Assembly (NCBI GenBank): GCA_963748815.1
Contig: CAVVKJ010000019.1
Coordinates: 32,001 to 96,000, forward strand
DNA from: an uncultured Gemmatimonadales bacterium
GTDB lineage: Bacteria > Gemmatimonadota > Gemmatimonadetes > Gemmatimonadales > GWC2-71-9
Direction of reading: 5' to 3'
DNA: 64,000 nt
The position numbers and the translations under genes were made by a program. Positions 30,694-40,719 of the stretch are shown here, piece after piece. The notes beneath the pieces are model-generated. The model worked only from the letters and a program-made list of their open reading frames with translations. It was not told where the DNA came from and ran no database searches. Numbering within the stretch: the stretch's first letter is position 1; each line of letters begins with the position of its first letter.

Positions 30694-31470
30694 CTAGAAT
30701 GCCCTTTCTGCGGCTTGGAGGCAGCAGGAGATGGAGCACGCGCATTGAATGGCCAAGGCGAGCATCCTACGCCAGGCCACCATCTCCATGCGAAGTCGGT
30801 ACTCGTCGCGAGGAGGATTCTCGGGGAAGCAGACCGCGTCGCCTCGGCGGATTCGCCTGGCAGTCCAGAGGCCAGCGAACGCATTGAGGATGTCATCCGC
30901 CTCACAGCCGAGGTCTTGGCGTGCGGTGAGGGCGGCATCGATAGCTCCCCCAAACTCCGTCCGAAGGAGTCCCGCCCGTCTTGCCTGACCTTCTGGTGAA
31001 CGCTTCTTCGCGACAATCGGCTCGCCCCCCGCCAGGTGAAAGAAGCAGAGCTCGGGATGGACTTCGCGCACATGACCCCGGAGGGAGGGGTCACCCCGCA
31101 TCAGATCGTCGACCTCACGAATCTTCGGGAGGATTGCCCAGGCCTGTTTCGACAGGGCCCGACCCTCGATGCGGCGCCCGATGGCACAGGCGTCCGAATA
31201 GGTGGATGCCGTGAGCATCGGCCGGATCGGGGCCGTGAACACTGAACGACCTCTCGGCTGTCCGAGCAGTTGGCGCGCCGCGATGTCGCACTCGCGGCTG
31301 CCAGACGACATCAGCCCTATCGGGATATCAAGCGCCAGAAGTTCCGGCGGGTTCGGTGAATCAAGAAGAGCCCGGACCGACGGCACGACCTCCCAGGAGA
31401 TTCGCCCGTCCGCACTCTCGCGGATCACGGCCCAGCCGCCCTTGCACCCGTCCGCTCCGGCAATGATCAC
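30694..31470 (-). CDS. DUF429 family predicted RNase H-fold nuclease
   Basis: IAGADGCKGGW, LDIPIGL, R.CD..AR, EVHPELCF, DDIL.A. Confidence 0.85.
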   Translation of the reverse strand: MIIAGADGCKGGWAVIRESADGRISWEVVPSVRALLDSPNPPELLALDIPIGLMSSGSRECDIAARQLLGQPRGRSVFTAPIRPMLTASTYSDACAIGRRIEGRALSKQAWAILPKIREVDDLMRGDPSLRGHVREVHPELCFFHLAGGEPIVAKKRSPEGQARRAGLLRTEFGGAIDAALTARQDLGCEADDILNAFAGLWTARRIRRGDAVCFPENPPRDEYRLRMEMVAWRRMLALAIQCACSISCCLQAAERAF

Positions 31471-31498
31471 GAGGCGGCACCACCTTCTCAACGGAGAA

Positions 31499-32660
31499 TC
31501 AGCCACGCTTCACCTGACACTTCGCCAACTCTACCAGCACCCCGTGACACCCGATCCCCACAATCTGCACACGCCAACGCTGGGCCACCGTCCGCGGGAC
31601 CCGGGCGGCGTGCGAGCCGGGGTTCCGGTCCTTCGCCAAGGCGTCGAGAATGGGGGGCAGCTGCGTCGCGTACCACCCGCCGTTCTCCAGCCGCTTCCCC
31701 AGGAATTGCGCCCGCTCACGGTCCCCGCCGATCACGCGCGCAAGCTGCCCAAGCGACAGCGAGCCGCTCCGGGCCAAGTCCTCCGTCGAGCCATCGATGT
31801 TCGCCAGCCGGATCGCCTCCGGCGCGTCTTGCAACGCACAGAGAAGGATCCGGTTCACCTGTACTTCGACGGCCTTGGCCAACGGCCCCATCGACGCCTG
31901 AAAGTCGAAGGCGTCATCCTCCCGATGATCGCGGAACACCTTCTCCCCGGTCGCGACAAACGTCCGGGCAACCGGATTCGAGGGCCTGCCACGCGGCGTC
32001 CCCGAGGAGATTCTCGCGAAGCTCCCGCTGCATCAGGCCCGTCCCCCCCGATTCCGCGTCAAATTCCGCCCAATACCGCCCCTCCGCGAGGGGCGCGTAG
32101 GCCGCCTCGTCGAAGTACCGATGGCCATCGGGCCGGATCACCACCAGCGGCAAGTCGACCATTCCTCCGTAGAGGGAAACGGGACGGTCGTGGTAGTGGA
32201 CATTCCGGAGATGACGAACCTCCTCGACGACGGAAAGGGTGTCGTCGAGCACGAGTCGTCGGATGTCACGAAGCCTGAACCAGCAGTCGCACCGGAGATC
32301 ATCCTCGCGGTAGTACACGGGCAGGTGGTCCGGATCGACGCTGGCAACGTCCTCGAAGGTGATCTCGTCCACGTCCGCCACATAGAGCGAACGGTAGTCG
32401 GTCAGGTACAGCTGCAATTCGCGGGTCTGGTCCTGGCGCAACTCCTCCGCCATCCGCTTCAGGTCGTCGCCGTGCGCCATTCCCTGCTGCCGGTTTTCGG
32501 ACCGAATCTTTCCCCACCAGACGTACACGTCGTCGTCGTCGGACTTGCGCTCTCTCCAGGCCTGGATCCGTGACAACAGGATGCCCAGGTGCGCCTCCAT
32601 CGCATTCGACGCATAGGCCGGATTCCAGACACCGAGGAGATGCTGAACGGGAGGGTTCAC
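31499..32660 (-). CDS. HP0729-like protein with C-terminal HEPN-like motif (frameshift near 31970)
   Basis: HLLGVWNPAY, WWGKIRS, LQLYLTDYRSLYV, SLYG; C-terminal KAVE.. and RNPGSH. Confidence 0.6.
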
Positions 32661-32938
32661 GGGGCCGCCGTTGGGGTGGGTGGGAGGTGCCGGGCTCAAG
32701 ATGTGGGTACCTCCGGGAGGGCACAACCGGCCGTGGGCTCAGCCGGGGGGAAGCACAAGATGAATGCGAGAGAATTGCCGGTATTCCTCAACATTGCACG
32801 AATAGTTGGCAAAAACGCCAAAAAGCAGCGGTTTCCACGGCTTTTTGCTCATTTCTTGCTCGACATTCCCACAATTGCCTACTGCCGGGACGCACCGGCT
32901 CGCACCCAGACACACCCGGACGAGAGTACTGACGCCCC

Positions 32939-32972
32939 TGTCACGCCCCCACCCTACCTTGGGACTCTGACA
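32939..32972. promoter_or_regulatory. Overlapping divergent PafBC-type promoters
   Basis: + TGTCAC-N10-TACCTT (32939-32960); - TGTCAG-N10-TAGGGT (32972-32951). Confidence 0.65.
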
Positions 32973-33029
32973 ATTGTACCTCAAGCAGGATAGCTCCGGG
33001 GAACCTCAACGCCACAGCACCCCCGCCGT

Positions 33030-33293
33030 GAGCAGATCATCGGCAGGTTCCACACGGTCGAGGAGCTGATGAATCTCCCCCAGGCCGCCCCGGTCAAGCT
33101 CTCGATGGGCAGGGAGGAATTGTTCGAACTGCAGGCCATGAACATCGAGATCCACCAGGCCAACCAGATGGAGTGTGCTCCGGAGGATGCCCGTCAGAAC
33201 GCGATCCTCACGGAGCGGCGGCAGCTGGGGATCGACTGGCTGAGCCAGCGGGTGGAGGATAGCTTGAGGAGAAGTCGGCGCAGGCGACCCTGA
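33030..33293 (+). CDS. Hypothetical protein, paralog of 26500..26865 (start uncertain)
   Basis: IIGRFHTVEELMNLP..NIEIHQANQ..DARQ; homology extends upstream of ATG 33069. Confidence 0.6.
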   Translation, partial: EQIIGRFHTVEELMNLPQAAPVKLSMGREELFELQAMNIEIHQANQMECAPEDARQNAILTERRQLGIDWLSQRVEDSLRRSRRRRP

Positions 33294-33310
33294 TGCATTT
33301 CCGGAGCCCC

Positions 33311-33367
33311 ATGGAACAGCCACAACTCGCCTGGATTGCCAACTTCATCTGGGGCATCGCGGACGAT
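33311..33367 (+). pseudogene. N-terminal remnant of type I R-M HsdM
   Basis: GGAG RBS then MEQPQLAWIANFIWGIADD, after which similarity stops. Confidence 0.55.
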
Positions 33368-33405
33368 AGTCGAGCGGTGGGGGGATTGTCGGCGGAGAGT
33401 ATCGA

Positions 33406-36400
33406 TTGAGTCACATTTCTCTCAACGCAGTCGTCAAGAGCGACCTGCAAGAGATTGTGCTGAGGATCGTTAGGCTCCGGGATGAGCCGAGTGACCTTCA
33501 GGCGCGCCTCCTCGGGCTTCGTCAGCAGTTTGAGCGGGCCATTCGACTTCTCGTTCTTGATCCAACGAGGGCATTCCCCGATCACTTCGAGCGCCTCTGC
33601 TACGTTTCGCAAAAGCACTCGCTCTCGACAGATCTCGTTACCCAGCTGCAGCGGACTCGAATCAGGCTCAACAAGATCGTCCATGAGGTTAGTGCGAATC
33701 CGAGTGAACAAGACGTTTCCGAAACCGCGGCCGTGTTGCTCGCCCTGCTCCACGTGTTCGGACTCGCCCCAACGCCAGCACGAACAGCTCCACCACCACC
33801 TCCCACCACGCAACTCGCTCCGCCGGCTCTTCCTCGCACAAGGATCCGGCCGGCCGAGGGAACTACCCCATCGCCGCCGTCGATCGGCGTCACTGGACGA
33901 GAAAGCGTCCCTGTCTCAACCACGCCTCCAACTGTTGGCGGACGGACAGCTGTCGCATTCGCGCGAGTCTTCGTCCTGGAGGTGGGTACTGCAGGCAAAG
34001 AGGGCCACAAGAGCCTCCGCTGCAGACACGAAGACTTTGACGACCTTCTCACGGTCGAGCTACACATCCCGTGGGCCGATACTGATGTGGTGTCCTTCTC
34101 AACGCTTGCGTTGCACACAGTAGAGCAGGTGTCGCCATTGCTCTGGCGCACCACCGCCGAGAGTTTCGTTGTTCTGGAACCGGACGTACTTGTGCAGGCT
34201 ACCGACATCGCGACCTGTTTCCAATCGAGCCCTCCCAGCCACCTCCTCTATGTCTCCTCGCTGCTGAACTCGGTGCAACAAACCCGCCCGATGGCACAGG
34301 GCATCGTCGCCAATACCACCTTCAACATGCTCCTTGCTGAGAACGATGGTACGCCTCCGGAGTCTCTTCTCGCTCGGGCATGTGATGCTCACGCTGAGGC
34401 ACTTGGCAGCTTACCGGGCGAGGTGGATGCCGATGTCCGACGCGCCATCCGCACGGACCACCTCGAGGCCCTGACTGAGATCGCGGCACGGCTTCGCAAG
34501 CATCACATTACGGTCGAGCCGGCTCTATTCACATCTCAGTTTGGTTTGCAGGGCCGCCCCGACGTCCTTGTTGAGCGCGATCAGTCATCCAGCTACGTGG
34601 TGGACTTGAAGACCGGGAAGCCCCCGAGAGAAGATGCGGACCCGGAATGGCCGGCGATGGAAGGCGTGAGAGGCTCCTACGCCAAGGAGGCTGCCCAGTT
34701 GGTGTGTTACGACCTTCTGCTGGCCGGTCGAGGTCCCACTGGGCCAACGCATTATCTCTTCTACTCGGCAGCTGGCGCCAAAGCCGGGGTGCGGGCTATT
34801 CACGTCACGTACGAAGCGCGGCGTGATGTCATCCGAGCACGTAATCGCATCATCGCGGCTGAGCGGACAGTGCTGCTGCCCCCATCTGCCGAGACCGCCT
34901 CGCTGACTATGGCGGGACTGCCGCCGAGACTCCCGCCCTACGCCCGGGAGTCTCTCTGTTGGCTGTGGCTCGTTACCGAGCCATCTGTAGTCCCGACGCT
35001 CCACGTACGGACACCTTTGTCGGCGACCAGGTGCGTTCGGTCATGCAGCAGACGTGGCGCGCACGACTGGGAGGGGGCACGCAGTATGAAGGATCTGGTT
35101 TTGCCTCCCTCTGGCGTGAGCGTGACCTGATCCTCAAAGCGGCAAGTTTGGGCGTGCTGGCGTTTCTTCGCTACGCAAGAATGGAAACGGTGGACAGAAG
35201 ACAGCTCTATCATTTCACGCTCGACGCATCGAAAAGCCAACCCTTTATCACTGCTGAACTTCGCAAAGACGAGCCGATCGTCCTGTACCCTCACCTGGAT
35301 CGCTACGTCGACCATTGAACGGCCCGATCATTAAGGGTCGACTGAAGCTCGTCGAGCTTGGTGCCGCCGAGCCGCGGGTTGTAGTGGAGTGTTACAGCGC
35401 CACCGCCGAGGCGCTACTTCCGCGGCACGCACATTGGGCTATTGAGCGCGACTATCTCGAGTCGAGCGGCCGCGCCGCATTTCCGGGGCTCGCCCGGCTG
35501 CTGTCCATCGATCCCAATCGGTTGTCCCTCCTTCTCGGTGACCGAGCTCCCCTAGGCCCAGCGCCGACACTCGCCTCGACAACCACCGGTGCAGGGACCA
35601 CGCTTCAACAGATCGCCGTCGCTGCCGCCGAGTCCCAAGAGTATTTCCTGAATTCAAGGCCCACCCGGAACGGGAAAGACGAGCACGTTACTCCCAGCCA
35701 TCGTCAAGCTTGTGCTTGATGAGCGACGCACACCGGTGCTACTCCTCGCCGATGAGTAATCGAGCTGTGGACGAGATGCGGGCGGCAATGAGCAGGCATC
35801 ATTTCGTGCTTGATCCTTTCCGTGAGGATCGGCTGAGCGCGCCGGAATCGCCAAGCGCACCCGGTGGGGCCAGTATTGTCTTTCGAGAACGATTGGCAAA
35901 GACCGAGGTGTACGCCATGACGGTTGCCCAGGCGCAGAAGCGCCATGCTTGGCTGGAGGCGATGGCGTTTGACACCGTAGTCGTGGACGAGGCCTCGCAG
36001 TTGCTCGACAGCCAGTTACGGGGGATCCTCAGCACCGCAACACGATTTGTGCTGATTGGCGATCAGCGACAGTTGCCACCTATCCAGCCCGCTGTGGCGG
36101 ATGCTGATGGTGAGTCCGAGGGTGGCGAGGTCAAGCCTTCGACATTTGAGCGCTTGCTGGACAAGATGCACTAGCGAGCGGGTGGGACTACGCGTATGGC
36201 ATGCTCGAAGAGCAGTGGCGCATGCACGAAGAGATCCAGGCGTTTCCAAGCGCAGCCTGCTATGGGGGGCGGCTCCGCATCGGTCAGCCAGTGAGGCAGC
36301 GTGCCAGAGAGTGGGTGCGGTTGAGGCCATGGGCAGACAGCACCCGTAGGGACCCTATTCGCCCACCGCGTGGCGTTCGTGTCGGTCCCGGATGATCATG

Positions 36401-36876
36401 CACAGGAGGTACGGTCAAACTACCGTGAAGTGGAAGTCATCGGTCGTGTAATCGACGAGCTTTGTAGTGAGCTGGGCATCACTCCTGGCTCCATGCCGCA
36501 AGCCGCTGATGCTACTCTTGGCGTAATTGCGCCATTTCGAGCCCAGGTAGCTGCCATCAGCCGTCGCCTTCATGAATGGCGGCACTGGGTGAAGGTGGAT
36601 ACCGTGGAGCGCTTTCAGGGGAGCGAACGCGATGTCATGGTGATCTCCATGACAGCTGACAATGCGCAGGAGCGGACGATGGCCCAGAGTATGTCCGCGG
36701 ACGGCCTCATTGATCGGAAGCTGAACGTCGCCATCACGCGTGCCAGAGAACATTTGATCGTCGTTGGGCACGAACCGACCATGGCAGGTGGGGCATTCAC
36801 GGCGCAGTTCTTGGAGCATGTGAGACAGTATGGGACGTTTGTGACCGCCAAGGAGCTTGGCCTCAATGGCGGATGA
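33406..36876 (+). CDS. Dna2-like PD-(D/E)XK nuclease plus SF1 helicase, multiply frameshifted
   Basis: VLEPDVLV, FGLQGRPD..VDLKTG, QGPPGTGKT (35655), VVDEASQ, LIGDQRQLPP, QWRMH, DTVERFQGSE, LNVAITRA. Confidence 0.8.
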
Positions 36877-37228
36877 TATGCTGGTGGCATTCGTGGCGGG
36901 GTTACGCCGGCAACTCCTGGATAGCCCCAAGGGCTTCAGTGATCCAGCGGACCGAGCGAGCAGGCCGCTCAAAGGTTGGTGGAGCGAATACTTCGATGAA
37001 CAGGACTCGGACGGACTGCTACTGGAATTGGCTAGCCGTGGAGAGACTTTGTCGATGGTCTTGTACCGCGTGGCAGAAGCTCACCTGCGCAACGGTCGCG
37101 TTCTGGGCACTACGGAACGGCCACTGTCGTGTGAGTACGAACAACTGGGAGTAGGCGTTGGTAGATACTGCTCGCGAGCGGTGCGGGCGTGCCTGCAGCG
37201 CGAGCTTGGAGTTGTAGAACCTCAATAG
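36866..37228 (+). CDS. Hypothetical protein
   Basis: Overlaps helicase stop; no recognisable motif. Confidence 0.4.
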   Translation: MADDMLVAFVAGLRRQLLDSPKGFSDPADRASRPLKGWWSEYFDEQDSDGLLLELASRGETLSMVLYRVAEAHLRNGRVLGTTERPLSCEYEQLGVGVGRYCSRAVRACLQRELGVVEPQ

Positions 37229-37407
37229 AGGCCGCGACCCCAGCACACAGACTCCACGACCGTACTCGAAGTGGAAGGAATTCCTAGCGGGTCACTGGTG
37301 GCCGCACCACCGGGGCGGCCCACACGCCACCTATCCGCGTCCACTGATGTCATGCCTGATGTGGGGACCTCTATGCCTAGGGGACCCACCGACCCCGGCG
37401 AGATCTC

Positions 37408-38088
37408 CTACGCCATGAACCGCTGATCACCCCGGGCCCAACCCGTATATAGCCGGGTCACGCCGAGTGTGGCCAACGGCACGACGGAGCCTGGCTCGGC
37501 ATCCGCACCGAAGAGCTTCAGGAATGCCGCAAAGTCCGAGTAACCTGCATCCTGTGTGCTGAACGAGTGAACGAGCAGAATGGCCAGGGGCGCATGGTAG
37601 CGATGAGCTGCCAACACTGCCGATGCCGCCCGGTGAAATAGCTGGTAGCGCAGGGTAGGATCCTGGTCTTCGTCCAAGCCGAGCGTGGCGCAGAGGAAGC
37701 TCCAGCGGACTTGTTTCCCGTTCGATGCGTCTTTCCGCCACTCGCCTAACGTGGGCCCAAACGTCTCAGCGACTTTCCCCTCGACCGCCATGGCAAAGGC
37801 GCCGCCCTGCGCTCGGCCCAAAACCATAACATCGGTCTGCGATGGCCGATCGCCTCCTGGGAGGGCCGTCTCATACTCCGGGACAGCGAGATATGGAGCA
37901 GGGTTCGAGAGGGCACCGTCTGGCGCGGATCCAAGGGCAGCGGAAACTTCAGGCGGTAGGCCATCCGCCGCCTCCCAGCATAGCGCCAACGCCTTCGCGG
38001 AATACCCGGTCTTCCAGTGTTTCTCGGGGTCGGCCAGGTATGGCTTCCAGTCGTCAGGTCCAACGGTGCATGCGAGGATTCTCGACAT
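37408..38088 (-). CDS. DUF6946-like putative PD-(D/E)XK nuclease
   Basis: DWKPYLADPEKHWKTGYSAKALA, SQTD, VEGKV.E.FG, RYQLFHR, LVHSF. Confidence 0.75.
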   Translation of the reverse strand: MSRILACTVGPDDWKPYLADPEKHWKTGYSAKALALCWEAADGLPPEVSAALGSAPDGALSNPAPYLAVPEYETALPGGDRPSQTDVMVLGRAQGGAFAMAVEGKVAETFGPTLGEWRKDASNGKQVRWSFLCATLGLDEDQDPTLRYQLFHRAASAVLAAHRYHAPLAILLVHSFSTQDAGYSDFAAFLKLFGADAEPGSVVPLATLGVTRLYTGWARGDQRFMA

Positions 38089-38132
38089 ATCTGCCCCTGG
38101 TGAAAGTCACATGCGACGACCCGATCGACTAC

Positions 38133-40719
38133 TTAAGGCTTGAGTTCCTGCATGAGCCCTGACTGCCAACCTTCATACCTTCCATCGCGCACCTTTCCGA
38201 AAAAGCTCGTGTAGTCTTCCGGGGACAGGAAATAGAAATGGTAGCGCCACTCTTCGTTCGTATCCTTCAGCCGTTGGTTCAGTGTCTCGAAGTGCTTCAC
38301 GCCATCTCGGAGCTTTGCCTTGTTGCGGTTGGAATCATCTCCCTCCGCCTTGATCTCGACGACAAGAATATCATGCCCACCACTGACCCTTAAGAAGAAG
38401 TCCGGATTGAAGTTCTCGTTTGAAACATGCGTCTTTGCGGCCTTGGCTGGTTTATAGGAATACGGGAATGAATAGCCACCAGTGTTAGGCATCTTTACAA
38501 AGGCATCAAACAACTTGCCGTTCTCAAACAGGAGGTCAGAGAACTTGCGCTCTGGCTCATGACTGGCGTAGTGGACGTTCCAGGGCGACTTGAACGCGCT
38601 GACGTCCACTTGATGAATCCGACCTCCGACGGCCTTCGCCTGGTCAGAGGCATCATCTCCGTATTCCGCGCACATTCTTACAAACCTCTGATACTGTTCC
38701 CAGAGATGGACTTCGTGGCCGGTGAACGGTTTGGTGTCTCCATCCACAGCGTAAAGCACACCATCTTCCTTGAGCATGCTTTCGGAGAATGACTGCCGCG
38801 CTAAGGCACTCAGGTCCACCGGGACGAGCTCCCGCCCCGTCTGGCTCATTCGTGGATGCTGCTTGCCCAATTCCCGAAACATCGGGCCGAAGCCCTGCTG
38901 AAGGCGCAGCAAGTTTTCCTTGCTTAAGAACGTTGCGTCTTGCCCCGCGGCTCTGAGCCTTGCCACAATGAACTCGTGCAGCCGCTTCTTCGGCCAGGCT
39001 GCGCCCAGCCTAGCGTCCTTTTCTCGCAGGAAGAGCCGCAACAGTCTCGCAGCATCTTCGATGCTCCAGTATATCGTCATGTTCAATCTCGACCGCCAGC
39101 CTCCCAGTCACGGAGAAGGTGGAGTACTCCGTCGTTGCGCGGTCCTGGGGCATGAATGTCACATCCGGCTCCTTCGCCCGTTCCCGCTTCGTCTCCACAG
39201 TCGTCTGCTCCGGCTCATAACGCAGATTGTGTAACGGAAAGAGATACTTGCTGCGACGTTGGTCGAAACCCCACGTAAGGGTATTCTCCACCTCGAGCAC
39301 TTCCTTGAGCAGATTCCCAACTTCCTCAGACCATGCTTCGTGGTTGTTGATGGTGACCAAGGGCTGCGCGCTCAGGCCTGGCGGCACCCGCAAACCACGT
39401 CCAAGTACCTGTGCGATCAACAATTTGGAGGAAAATGCCCGTGATTCGTGCGGCACGATTTGAAAGATATTCTTGACGTCCCAGCCTTCGGTAAGCATGG
39501 AGACTGAAACGATCCACTCCACAGGGCTTCCCGGCTCGTCGACCTGCTTGAGCATGGCCAGGTTCTCCATCCGTCGCTTTTCCGGAGAATCCTTGGCATC
39601 ACGGGGGCAATGGGCTGCCTCCACCCTCGCCTTCCCGGCACCAGACGGCACACCAGACGTCACCCATATCGCCTTGTTGGTCGCTTCCTCACGCGTGATC
39701 TTCTCCTTCTTCATGAGGAAGTCCACCAGTTCCCTCCAGACCTCCACACACCTGGCAATCTCCTGGGTGACGACAATCGACATCGGCTTCACTAGCTTGC
39801 CGTAGTCCTTTTGATTCTGCTGATGAATAGCGTATGTCTTGCGCCAATCATGATTGGTGTAGGTGTCTTCCAGTTTGTAGTTTGGCTTCTTGACGACCTT
39901 GTCGGCGATGGCCTGCTTCAAGCCATAACGAAAAACGACATCGGGGAAGTAGTCGTCGACTATATATGGTGTGCCGGAAACGTTCACGATCTGTCGGAAG
40001 CTGAACTCCTCGTGCTGCAAGAACTTCATCCATTCCTTCAAACCCTTGTCTGGCGGGCTGAACAGGTGATGCGCCTCGTCGTTCAATACCAGCGTACGCC
40101 CACCGCGCCCCCGGAGGCTATCTCGGATAGACGAGCCAGTATTCTCGTACACCGCGTGGATATTTTCCACGCAAATGTCGCCTGCATGAATGGTCTCGTT
40201 GCCGTGCTTGATGGCGGGAATGGCCACCGCGGCGCCAAGTTCTTGCATGATGCCGGAGAGCTCGCCAGTCCCTGCCAGCGAAGTGAACTTCTCCAACAGC
40301 CCCTCTTCAATGGTGAGCGACGGGCACAGGACCAAGACCCGGTCCACGAGCCCCTCGGCCAGGGCTATGGCCGCCAGAGCATACATCACAAAGCTCTTGC
40401 CAGATCCGGTTGCAAGGTCCAGCGACACCGACTTCCGGTCCCGGAGGGGCATCTTGCTGAGGTAAGCATCAATGCTCTCATGCCGTTGCTGAATCGGCTC
40501 GCGCTTGTTCCAATTCTCCCGTGCAAGCTGCTCGAGGTTCGAATACTTGTCTGAGACAAGGAATCGAAGGACCTCACGGACAGCGTCGCGCTGGAATGCA
40601 TATTGATCGGCGCAGAGCATGTTTAGGAAGGCGTCGTACTTGTGGATCACTGCCTCTGTGGAGTCGCGGCTATCGTCCACCAATAGGACCTGATCGGCAA
40701 TGCGGAATTGGAGGCTCAT
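38133..40719 (-). CDS. res: Type III restriction (Res) helicase-nuclease (frameshift near 39085)
   Basis: LATGSGKS, LNDEAHH, MLTEGWDV, QVLGRGLR; C-terminal FNPDFF..VEIK. Confidence 0.85.

Noticed and set aside
33406..35130. Cas4/CRISPR adaptation role for the PD-(D/E)XK domains
   Set aside because: They are embedded in Dna2-like and AddAB-like helicase-nucleases; no cas1, cas2 or array
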